A stretch of DNA of 64,000 nucleotides from Trichodelitschia bisporula (lineage: Eukaryota): positions 755,933-819,932 of the forward strand of contig ML996692.1 of NCBI GenBank assembly GCA_010356995.1. The letters are read 5' to 3'. The notes below the pieces were generated by a model, which saw nothing but the letters and a program-made list of their open reading frames with translations, searched no databases and was not told the origin of the DNA. Position 1 is the stretch's first letter; each line of letters opens with the position of its first letter. Positions 1-11,417 of this stretch are shown piece by piece. Position numbers and translations under genes: made by a program.

Positions 1-3000
1 AAGAAAGGCAAAGGCGGGAAGCCAGCGCCTGCGGCAAAGGTGGCTCAGCCTGAGAAGGATGAGGAGGAAGAGGAGCTGACTGCCGACGGGCGGGTGAAAA
101 CAAAGAAGGAAAAGGAAAAGGAGAAGAAGGAGAGAGAAAAGCAGCGCAAGAAGGAACAGGTATGCTGATTGCTGCCTACCGTTTGATTGCATGCTAACGA
201 TGTTGCAGGCCGCAAAAAAAAAGAGTGTTGTTCCCCCACCCGAAGCAAAGAAGGCTGAGCCAGCGAAGGTCGTCGAAGCAGAGCGACCGACCGCTGCCGC
301 CCAAACTGAGCTGGCGGCGGCTGGCGGCAAGAAGAAGAAGATCAATCCTGCACTTCTCGCACTTCAAAAGGCCCAGGAGGAGCGCAAGCGCCTCGAAGAG
401 GAGCAAGCTCGCCTGGAAGCTGAAGAGCGGGCACGGATCGAGGAAGAGGAGAAGCTTGCTACTGAGGAAGCTAAGCGCAGGGAGGAGGCTAAGCAGGCTA
501 AGAAGCTCAAGGAGAAACAAAAGATTGAGGAGATGAAGAAAGCGGGCACCTACAAGACCAAGGCCCAAAAGGAAGCCGAGGCCCGCCAGCAGGCCCGCCT
601 CAAACAGATGATGGAAGCTGGTGGTGTGGTGGTTGGTGGCTTGCAAGAAGATGCTGCGGACAAGAAGGCCAAGCCCACTTATGACCGGAAGAAGAAGGGC
701 AAGAAAACTGCCGGGGAGGCTCAGAAGGAGAAGGAGGAGGCTGACGCCGAGGAAGCACGTAAGAAATTGGAGGAACTGAAACTCGCCGAGGAGAAAGCAG
801 TGAAGGCCGAAGCTGAGGCTGCTGCTAAGGCTAAGGCTGAAGCTGAGAAGGCTAAGGCCGAAGATAGCGACGAACTTGAAGATTGGGAGGCTCAAGCAGA
901 CGCCGCAGAGGGAATCAAGGAAAGCTGGGACGCACTTTCCGAAGACGAAGAGCCCAAGCCTAAGCTGGCGTCGAAGGCAGCTGCCAGCGACAAAGACTCG
1001 ACTACGAAGACCAACGGCAAGACCAATGGTAAAAACGTATCTTCAGAGGAAGAATCCAGTTCCGAAGACGAGTCCTCAGAGGATGAGGATCAGACTGCTG
1101 CAAAGCGAGCTGTGGCAGCGCGGAAGGCCGAGGCTGCAGAGCGTCGGAGAAAGCAGCACGAGGAGGCCCTTGCGGCTAGGTCGAAAGACGACCTTCGTTC
1201 GCCAATCTGCTGTATTCTCGGTCACGTCGACACCGGGAAGACCAAACTCCTTGACAAGATTCGGCAGACCAATGTTCAGGAAGGTGAGGCCGGTGGTATC
1301 ACACAACAGATTGGCGCCACGTACTTCCCGGTGGAGGCCCTCAAGAAGAAGACCAATGTGGTCAACCAGGACGGCAAGTTCGAGTTCAGGGTTCCTGGCT
1401 TGTTGGTGATCGACACCCCTGGGCACGAGTCTTTCACAAACCTTCGGTCTCGTGGCTCCTCGCTGTGCAACATTGCCATCCTCGTTGTCGACATTATGCA
1501 TGGTCTCGAGCCCCAGACTCTCGAGTCCATGCGTCTTCTGAGAGATCGCAAGACTCCATTCATCGTCGCGCTCAACAAAATCGATCGTTTGTTCGGCTGG
1601 AAGAAGATCGATAACAATGGCTTCCGTGACAGTTTCGCCATGCAGACTAAGGGTTGCCAGAATGAGTTCCGTGACCGTCTCGACAAGATCAAGGTCGCGT
1701 TTGCCGAGCAGGGCTTCAACTCCGAGCTGTTTTACGAGAACAAGTCCATGGCTCGCTATGTCTCCTTAGTCCCTACATCCGCTCACACCGGCGAGGGTAT
1801 TCCTGACATGTTGAAGCTGCTCATTCAGCTCACTCAGGAACGTATGACGAACGCGCTTATGTACCTTTCCGAGGTTGAGGCTACCGTTCTCGAGGTAAAG
1901 GTCATTGAGGGTCTTGGCACGACTATTGACGTCATCCTTTCCAATGGTGTACTTCGCGAAGGCGACCGTATCGTTCTCTGTGGTCTGAATGGTGCCATTG
2001 CCACCAACATTCGAGCGCTTCTCACACCTGCGGAGATGAAGGAATTGCGGGTCAAGTCCGCATATGTCCACAACAAGCAAGTCAAGGCGGCCATTGGTGT
2101 CAAGATTGCTGCCGATGGACTTGACTCAGCCATTGCCGGATCCCGTCTGCTAGTTGTTGGCAAGGATGACGATGAAGAAGATCTGGAGGAGGAAGTCATG
2201 TCCGACTTGGAGAACCTCCTCCAGCGCATTTCGAAGTCTGGAAAGGGCGTCAGTGTGCAAGCTTCCACGCTTGGCTCGCTTGAAGCGCTTCTGGAGTTCC
2301 TGCGAGTGTCGAAGATTCCGGTTGCAAACATTTCCATCGGCCCTGTCTACAAGCGCGATATCATGCAGTGCGGTATCATGCTGGAAAAGGCCAAGGAGTA
2401 TGCGGTTATGCTCTGCTTCGACGTAAAGGTCGACAAGGAAGCTGCTGCGTATGCTCAAGAAGTTGGTGTCAAGATCTTTACAGCTGACATCATATACCAC
2501 CTGTTTGATGCCTTCACGAAGCACATGGAACAGATTGCAGAGCAAAAGAAGGAGGAGAGCAAGATGCACGCCGTGTTCCCTTGCGTCCTCCGGCCTGTTG
2601 CAGTCTTCAACAAGAAGGATCCAATTGTCATCGGCGTTGATGTCATTGAAGGCAACTTACGCCTCCTAACTCCCGTCTGTGCTATCAAGACTGGCCCTAA
2701 CGGTGTCAAGGAAATCATCGACATGGGTAGAGTGTAAGTCACATCTTCAGCAGTTGATGAGTCGTACTAACTTAGAAAAGTGTTTCTATCGAGCGTGACC
2801 ACAAGCAGATCCCGCTGTGCAAGAAGGGTCAGCCGAGCGTGGCGATCAAGATAGAGAGTCCGAACCAGCCCATGTACGGCCGTCATTTGGAAGAAAAGGA
2901 TCTGGTCTACTCGAAGATCTCCAGACAGAGCATCGACACCCTTAAGGAGTTCTACCGGACGGATGTGAGCATGGATGAGTGGAACCTGATTAGGAAGCTG

Positions 3001-3024
3001 AAGCCGATGTTCGACATTCCTTAG
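1..3024 (+). CDS. FUN12: Translation initiation factor eIF5B (5' end outside window)
   Basis: K/E-rich N-terminal region, then GTPase motifs [44 protein letters not shown]. Introns 160-208 and 2734-2780; the second splice gives [11 protein letters not shown]. Stop TAG 3022-3024. Confidence 0.96.
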
Positions 3025-3450
3025 GGGATGGCAAAGGTGGCATTCCGTAGTTGCGGGCCTCGACTCCTTCGTGATATGATAGGTAGCGGATATGTAGTAA
3101 TGAGCATGGCGTGGAGTTTTATGTAACTCAATCCGTCCCGAACAGGGGGATCAGAAAGGCGTGACTTGGTGAAACCCATGTGCTTTGACCACCCCTGGGG
3201 AGATTGCGGGGAACGGCGAGCCCCCAAGATTCTTGCCGACGTCCTGCTCCAAGTGGCTTGACCTACGTCTCCAAACCCTTTAGCAATCCACCATACCTTT
3301 TCTGTTTGCCAGTGGCATAGCTAGTTATCGGTTGTAACTACTTGACATGGCACTTCGCCGCTCCACAACACCATAGAAACCCACCGTCACTTTCACGGCA
3401 GCTCATCGTCCTCAACAGTACCCACATTGTGCAACATATACGCCGTCGCC

Positions 3451-5481
3451 ATGGTCGCGCCACGCAAGGCCGCATTCGCGGAGGAGAGCGCTGAAGTGGA
3501 AGTGCTCTTCGCCAACATGGAGAAGCTCAAGGGCTTAACAAAGAAGATCCAAGGATCGCTGAACCGCCTGGAGACCTCGGGCAAAAGCGTCGAGGAGGCA
3601 ATTGGACCGATCTATGGAAACACTCGGAGGCTACAAATCACGAACTCCAGTATGGCGCACGCCGTGCGAAAAGTGACAGGGCTGACGGCTGAGTAGACAT
3701 CGACAAGGTCATAGATGTCATTGAGCGACTGCGTGCGCCGCTGGATCAGAGTAATAACGAGGAGCGCATCATTCGGTCGGAGTATGTACTCTCAAACTTT
3801 ACCTCTTAGCATTGACTAATAGCATCCCCAAGTCCTAGGAGCACGGGTATCTCTGAATACATATCCTCACTGGATCGCGCAACTCGAGCTCTCGCTGGCC
3901 TGCGGTCCTCGAACTTGAAGTCGAACCAAGCCGCAATGAGTGAACTCTCCAGTTTGCTGAGGTTCGGCGCAAAGCAACTCGAAGACATTTTCCGAGAGAT
4001 TCTACGGGAGGATGCACGGCCGCTTGAACCGCTCCACTACATTACCAAGCGTAAGCTCACCGCTGTCATTTGGTCCGCGGCTTACAAGTACAGAAAAGCC
4101 ATTCCCCCCCATTCCTGAAGACAAAGTCTCTCGTCTCCGGCTGATACAGTCCCACATCGTCGCATCTATGGCTCAAACCTCCCAGTCACCGGAATATCCC
4201 ACAAACAAGGCTTATACCGAGATCAGAGGCGATTACCTCGCAGGTTGCTTACGCAATCTCGCGGCTGCGTGCCTTTCAACGGCGAGGAAGACGAATGCGG
4301 ATGCCATCTACAAGCCGGGTACAAATGGTATTGCAACATATTCCGTGGCGTTGGAGGGTTTGGCATACGCTGAGTACGACAGCCTGTGTCCCATCTTCTC
4401 CCGAGACGACTGGGCCCGAGTATGCACGGCTACGTTCCGAAATGCCTTAAACGAATTCGGGAAAACGCTCCGCGATCTGAATATCCACATCCAGAACAAT
4501 CTTTTGACGGACTGCTTCCTGGCGTTTGAGATTATTGACGTAGTCACGAACCTCACCTCGCGTCTTGATAAGCGCATAGGGGAGCTAAAGCAGCCCATCA
4601 CCGATGTGCTTAAACCGATACGCGAAACCGCAAAGCAATCGTTACCTCGGATGCTCGAAGACACCAGAGGTCGAGTTCAGGCGCTGGTTGGGCTGCCCAA
4701 TGACGGTTCCGCAGTACCTGTCACCACCGAGGTCATGGCGAGACTGCAAGCCTTGACAACGTATCTGCGACCGCTATCATCTGTCATGACATCCATGGGC
4801 GATGGTGGATGGTCTGTCATATCACCAGCGGCATCTACAACATCTCTACCCAGCACGCGCTCCTTTGACGTGGGAGCCGACGGTAACGAGCTTTTCGCGC
4901 ACTACGCCAGCGACATGCTTGAAGCCCTGATAACCTCCCTTGACGGCAGATCACGCCTGCTGCTCAAAACGGGTAACGTCCAAGGGATATTTATGGCGAA
5001 CAACATTGCGATAATCGATCGTATGATCCGCTCATCAGATCTCCAACCTCTCCTGGCGGGGCTTGCGCCGAAGATCGAACAGTGGCGGAAGAAGGCCGTG
5101 GCCAAAACGCTTGAGGCGTGGCGCGAACCCTCTGGACATCTGCTGGATGTGCAGTACACAAACCGGAACACGCGGCCGGCGTCTGGGGGCGGGCCCATCG
5201 ACTCCATGTCGGTGGTCAAGTCCCTAGGGTCAAAGGAGAAAGACGCGATCAAGGAAAAGTTCAAGAACTTCAATACCAGCTTCGACGACCTCGTCGCTCG
5301 GCATCGCAGCTACAGGATGGAAAAAGAGGTGCGATCGCAGCTCGCAAGAGACATTCAGGCGATTATTGAGCCGCTCTACGGGCGGTTCTGGGACAGGTAT
5401 CATGAGATTGATAAGGGCAAGGGGAAGTACGTCAGGTACGACAAGGGGCAGCTTGCAGCGACACTGGCGAGCTTGGGATAA
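3451..5481 (+). CDS. EXO70: Exocyst subunit Exo70
   Basis: Starts [20 protein letters not shown]-terminal Exo70 signature [20 protein letters not shown]...[10 protein letters not shown]...KYVRYD. Introns 3650-3696, 3782-3832 and 4051-4093 join the ORF pieces in frame. Confidence 0.92.
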
Positions 5482-7398
5482 AGGGAGGGCATAGGGCGTT
5501 CGGGTATCGGTAGCAAGTGTTGGATACCCCTTTGTAACATTCATGGGATGCTCTACTAGTTGATTTGGACAGGGCACGGGTCGGAGACAGATCGTGATAC
5601 AATAATAAGATTCCGTGGGTATGCACATCGGTTTGCATGTCGCACCTGCGTGTAGCCAGTGCGGTCCTACGGTATGAACACACAATGTAGACGTATGACA
5701 GGATTTGCGCCGCAGTGTTCTCCACCCAGTGCTCCAGCAGACGTCAAAGTTAAAAAGCAATGGCCCGTCTTTGCTCGTCAAGCCACCAACGAGACGTTGA
5801 CCACCTCCCTTCGCCCAACCACTCCAGGTGTGTTCCCCAGAGTCCGGTACTTCTTAAGTGCCGTGCCGAGACATAGCGCAGATCTCTGGGGTTGAGGCGC
5901 AGGCTATGATTGGAGCCTTGTCACGTGATAGGGGTAAAAGAATGGGCGCACATGAGCACAAGCCCAAAACGCCTCCACACTTCTTTTGCACCTGGTAGAT
6001 TTTGCTACCGTACACAGCAGGAGATACATCTTTTTAGCTTGGTGAAGGGGTAAATGTGGCATTTCTGGGACTACTCTCGAACAAGCGAGTTTTGCGGGTG
6101 GGGACTCAGGGAGTGTAAACACTGTCATAGTGAAAAACAAGCTAGTTGTCGACTTGAGATATGGACTCGATGGAGGAGGTCAAATCAAACTCAACTTTTT
6201 CAGTCCCCGGCTGGATAATCATCGGTCCGAGGACTACTCCTAGCCCGTTTGCCGTATTCTAATGAGTTTTCAAACGGCGGAAGGCATGAGGTTTAACCTT
6301 ATAAGCTCTCTAAAGTGTTTTGATATCCCGGGAAGGGTTTGTGATCTGTTTTGGTTTGTCCGTCTTGGGTCATCATAGCCTAGCACCTTGCGGATCTTAG
6401 CATGATGCTTCTCATGTCCTTCCACTCTGCAGTCCCTAACAACGGCCACGCATGGATAAGAGGAATTGGATTTTGGGGAAGGGAGAGCGAGAGACGGAAC
6501 TGTGTCATGATAAGCAGCTCAGCCTGGAAGTAGGCCAGGAGGGACCAAATCATCTCGTATTGCTTGAAGGATCGAATGGGGAACTTGACGTGACTTCAGG
6601 TACATGTGGAAAGGAATGACGCAAGTAGCTCGCAGAAGGTTCAACCGGACTCCGCTCTGCAGGGCACGATGATAGGGGCGGGAAATCCCATCGTGTATGT
6701 GATCGATACATTGCGCTACGTCAATGGGGAACCATGTGAGCTGATTTTGTGGTACACACTTGTCCTCGCCATGCGATTGCCTCGCGGCGACGTTGAGATA
6801 GTGTGAAGATACCCGGTCTAATCCGTACTTACGATACAAACCGTGATCGCCCTTAAGCATCTTCGAGTTAGCCTCAGGCACAGAAAAAAAAAAGCCAAGC
6901 CTCTCCCGTAAAGCTGTCGAACCACTAACAAGCGCGGAGCTTTAACCAGCACAGACGGCCTAGGCCCCTTTCGGAATCTCTCACCCCCCGGGCCCGACCC
7001 CTTCTCAATCATCTCCTGGCCACCCTTTCTCAGATCTGTTCATTCAACACCCCATCCGCTGCAAAGAATATCCCACCTGGGAATTCTCCAAGCACTTCGT
7101 ACGCGTCGCTTTTCACGATTCGCATCAATCACGGAATCATCCATACGCCCGTCAAGGTGAGCAGTTATCCCGGCTGCGTCTTGTTCAACGTGCACGTTCT
7201 CCTGAAACCCGCGCCCCAAGGAGCCACTTCGCCCTCCGCACCTCCTAGTCGCATCTTCCCCATCAAACAATTTCTTAACCCTCTCCGCACCTGTGTTCAA
7301 TCCAACACGACACGCAATCGCTGACATTGTCTGCCTTCACAGAGATCCGCTCCTTTTGATCTTGCTAGATAGCGCCTGATTCTCTGGCAGCCGTCACC

Positions 7399-9120
7399 AT
7401 GGGTAAGTCCAGCCTCCCCACGCAGTGCGAACACGTCGAGAAGTTGGCGGCGCCATGCATTTCATCTGCTTGTCGTCACCAATATTGCAATTGCATCTCG
7501 CATCGATTCCCACTACCGTGGAGATGCGTTTGTATGCATTTGCGCTTTTGGTTCCGTCGTTTTCCCGCGCGTCCGAACGTCTTGACGTCCTGGAGCACGC
7601 GCTAACAGTTTTTCGTATCAGCATCAACCAACGGTGCACCGCCATCCAGACCTTCTCCGGCACCTACGAGCCCGACTCTGTCTAATGGCAAATCTTCCCT
7701 TTCCCATCGCGAGCCGAACGGTATAATAACAGATGAAGTAGGAGCGTTGCCTCAGACTGTCGCTTCGAAGGACCCCAAGGCTGCGGCCCTGGCTGCCAAC
7801 GACCTGCGGAACATTGTTCGGAGGAAGCTCACTGGATACGTCGGTTTTGCGAATCTGCCAAACCAATGGCACCGCAAGAGTGTCCGGAAGGGCTTCAACT
7901 TCAACGTGATGGTTGTCGGTATGTCTGCACCATGAGATCTGCAGCTGGGAAGCTAATCGCATCACAGGTGAATCTGGCCTCGGCAAGTCCACTCTCATCA
8001 ACACCCTGTTCAACACCTCGCTCTACCCGCCCAAGGAGCGCAAGCCCCCTAGCCTCGACATCATTCCCAAGACCGTCTCGGTCGAGTCCATCAGCGCCGA
8101 TATCGAGGAGAACGGCGTTCGCCTGCGGTTGACGGTGGTCGACACGCCGGGCTTCGGGGACTTCGTGAATAATGATGCGTCGTGGGGACCTATCGTTGAG
8201 AACATCGAGTCGCGCTTCGACGCCTACCTTGATGCCGAGAACAAGGTTAACCGCATGAACATTGTGGATAACCGCATACATGCGTGTGTCTACTTCATCC
8301 AGCCCACTGGCCACTCTCTGAAGCCTCTGGATGTTGAGGTGATGCGCCGTCTGCACACGAAGGTCAACCTCATACCCGTCATCGCCAAGGCTGATACGCT
8401 CACGGATGAGGAAGTGATTGCTTTCAAGCAACGTGTAAGTTTTTACGCCTTGTACATGGGATCAGTTCTAACGCCCTGCAGATCCTTGCGGACATCCAAT
8501 ACCATAACATTCACATCTTCGAGGGCCCGCGTTATGAACTTGACGACGAGGAGACGATTGCGGAGAACAGCGAGATCATGTCCAAGGTGCCGTTCGCCGT
8601 GGTTGGCGCGAACACGGAGGTCACGACTGCAGACGGCCGCAAAGTTCGCGGACGTAGCTACCCTTGGGGTGTCATTGAGGTCGACAACGAGGAGCATTGC
8701 GACTTCGTCAAGCTCCGCCAGATGCTCATCCGCACCCACATGGAGGAGCTCAAGGAGAACACCAACAATGTGCTGTACGAGAACTACCGTTCCGACAAGC
8801 TCACGGCCATGGGTGTCGCCCAGGACCCCAGTGTCTTCAAGGAGGTCAACCCGGCTGTCAAGCAGGAGGAGGAGCGGTCGCTGCACGAGCAGAAGCTCGC
8901 GAAGATGGAGGCGGAGATGAAGATGGTCTTCCAGCAAAAGGTCGCCGAAAAGGAGGCCAAGCTCCGGCAAAGCGAAGAGGAGCTCTACGCTCGACACAAG
9001 GAGATGAGAGATCAGCTCGAGCGGCAACGGTCGGATCTCGAGGAGAAAAAGTCGCGGATCGAGAGCGGGCGGCCATTCGAGGAGAAAAAGCAGCGGAAAG
9101 GCTTCTCTCTTCGGAACTAG
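7399..9120 (+). CDS. CDC3: Septin, Cdc3/AspB type
   Basis: [27 protein letters not shown]-loop [20 protein letters not shown], septin unique element RGRSYPWG, C-terminal coiled coil. Only 4 coding nt (ATGG) precede intron 7403-7621. Further introns 7919-7967 and ~8435-8480; probable 5'UTR intron 7157-7342. Confidence 0.93.
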
Positions 9121-10397
9121 GCGCGCGGCAGTTGGCGTGCTATGACCCACGGCTCAAACGTTCTTTTTACTTCTCCCTTCTGGCACCGAGAGCCCTTCTG
9201 TCACCCCTAAGGGTATTGGAGCACGTCGTTTTTAATGCAAATATTCCTCCGACGGGGCACAGGGTGTTTTGGGGGCTAATACAATGAGTAGCAATCGGTG
9301 CAGCAGTGGGGGTCTTTCTCTTGCGTTGCGTTTCTCGGCCCGGAACCAATTGGTTTAGTGCTTGACTTGTTCTGTCGTTTGATCAATCGATACCTCTAGC
9401 ATCTAGCACTCCTTCACTCCCCCCGTCCCTCTCTCCTTGTTCTCCTTGTTTGCGGAGGTGTGGTGGTCTTCGCGCTTGCTGTCTTGTACACGAGATACAC
9501 AGTCGGTGGGAACAGATTGCTTCAAAACTATGTACTTTTTAGGTCAAAAGCCTGCGTAGTAAAACATCTCTTTGTGCGTTTGTTTCCTTCGTATGTAGTA
9601 CGGAATGGCGAACTCGGTGTGCTCTTGCTTCATTGCGATGAGTTGATGGTGTGGGTGTTGCTGTGACCACTGTATGACTGGTGCTCTAACATGTCCGTTG
9701 TTTGATGCTTTGCAAAAACGGAATCACTCACCACATGTTCAGCACCCCCATATCTCTAGTCAAACATTGTTCTGGCTGTAAGAAGAGGCTTCAGAAATAT
9801 ATCGGAAAGCTAAGGTTATCATGATGATAGAAGGCTGGGAGGCTTTCCGGCCATTTTGTGGACTTGGCGGGTAGAATCATCCAGGTCCTTGTCGGACGGT
9901 TGGGGGTGGTGGGTGAATGTTTTTGGCGCGGGCAAGCTTGTCAACGTCACCTTCAACCCTCGTGCTTCCTTGATTGCCCATCAGTCCGCCCGGCTACTTC
10001 TTTACCTTTCGCACGCACACATCCACTGTGCTCGATATCTATTCAATTACTGCTGCTGCTGAACAGTGACGCCCTGCCAGACTCCTTCGTAAGTGCTGAC
10101 GCTGTTTCCGGTTGAATCATGGAAAAGGCCACTAGGATCAGTGCTAACAAAGTGCGCCTCGTGCAGTCAAGCTTCCTCGCCCTTCGTCATTTTCACTCCA
10201 CCAGCCACCACAACGTTTCCGCTGCCAGAGTGTCCTTCCCACCACACCTTTCCATCAATACTCCCATCTTGATATCATCCCTCCAAACTTAGGCCAGACA
10301 GCAACCCGAGTTAGAGGTCTTCACCTGGGCGCTTGACTCCCGGGCTTTGCAGCGAAACTACACACAACTTCCCCATCACACGACAAGAGCATCTGCA

Positions 10398-11417
10398 ATG
10401 GCTGGCCCTCCTCCCGGCAACCTGAGCCTTCAGGAACGCTTGATGCGGATTGCGCAGACTCTGCAGTTTGCCTGGTTCGTTGGCCACGTCGCCGTCCTTG
10501 TGGCTACGCTGAAGTACATCTTCAACTTCGTTACCTTCTCCTACAACACTCGGGGCGCTCGGTTTTCATACCGTACGGCCTTCTTGTTCGCAACTATCAC
10601 CTATGGGATTGTCGTGTACAAGGGCTATCGTGCGCGCCTTCGGCAGAACCGGTCGACGGGCTTCTTCGCCCTGATTGGGGATGAGAATGTTCAGTACCTC
10701 AGTAAGTACCTCCGTAGTCAGCGATGCACTCATCGACAGCATCGTGGCGTCGCCTATTTTGCCGAAAGCTTCTCTAATACTGATTTGTGTTTAGTCATGG
10801 CGTTCATCTGGCTCTTCTCTCCGGTTAAGGTGTCCCTCGCCGTTTTGCCCTTTTCAGTCTACTCGGTGTTCCATGTTGCGACCTACACCCGTGCCAACCT
10901 GCTTCCGGCCCTTCAAGGCCCTCAGCCCGCTGGTCCTGACGGCCGCCCAAAGTCGACCGGACTTCACCAGACCATTGGCGACTTTGTCAAAGAATACTAT
11001 GACCAGTCCATGTTCCTGGTTGCCCTTCTCGAGATTAGCCTCTGGGTCCGCATCTTGATATCGGTGATCTTCTTCCGCCGCGGCTCGTGGATCCTGTTTG
11101 CGCTCTACACTGCCTTCATTCGCGCGCGCTTCTCGCAGAGCCCCTTCGTTCAGAGCGGGGTTTCGCAGCTTGTGTCTCGGGTTGATGCCATAGCTGCAAA
11201 CCAGCAAGCGCCTCCCCAAGTGCGGGCGGCTTGGGAGACGATCAAGGGCTTTGGTCGTCAGGCTACCGAAGCCACAGACCTTTCGCGGTATGCTGGCGGT
11301 AAGCTCTCCGGCGGAAACCCCAGCGGTCCTAGCGGCTCAGCTGGCACGTCCAGCAGCGCTAGTGGCCTTAACACCTCAACGAGCTCGAACACTTTCGGTC
11401 AGAGGAAGAGCCAGTGA
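10398..11417 (+). CDS. POM33: Pom33/Tts1/TMEM33-family ER and nuclear-pore membrane protein
   Basis: LQFAWFVGH, DENVQYL, LPFSVYSVFHVATY motifs and several hydrophobic segments. Intron 10702-10794; probable 5'UTR intron 10089-10166. Confidence 0.85.
   Translation: MAGPPPGNLSLQERLMRIAQTLQFAWFVGHVAVLVATLKYIFNFVTFSYNTRGARFSYRTAFLFATITYGIVVYKGYRARLRQNRSTGFFALIGDENVQYLSKYLRSQRCTHRQHRGVAYFAESFSNTDLCLVMAFIWLFSPVKVSLAVLPFSVYSVFHVATYTRANLLPALQGPQPAGPDGRPKSTGLHQTIGDFVKEYYDQSMFLVALLEISLWVRILISVIFFRRGSWILFALYTAFIRARFSQSPFVQSGVSQLVSRVDAIAANQQAPPQVRAAWETIKGFGRQATEATDLSRYAGGKLSGGNPSGPSGSAGTSSSASGLNTSTSSNTFGQRKSQ

Noticed and set aside
5900..6880. Lower-GC spacer between EXO70 and CDC3 with a weak inverted similarity (~6101 vs ~6422) and short ORFs
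   Set aside because: Match too short and gapped, no TSD and no protein motif; cannot support a transposon or pseudogene call.
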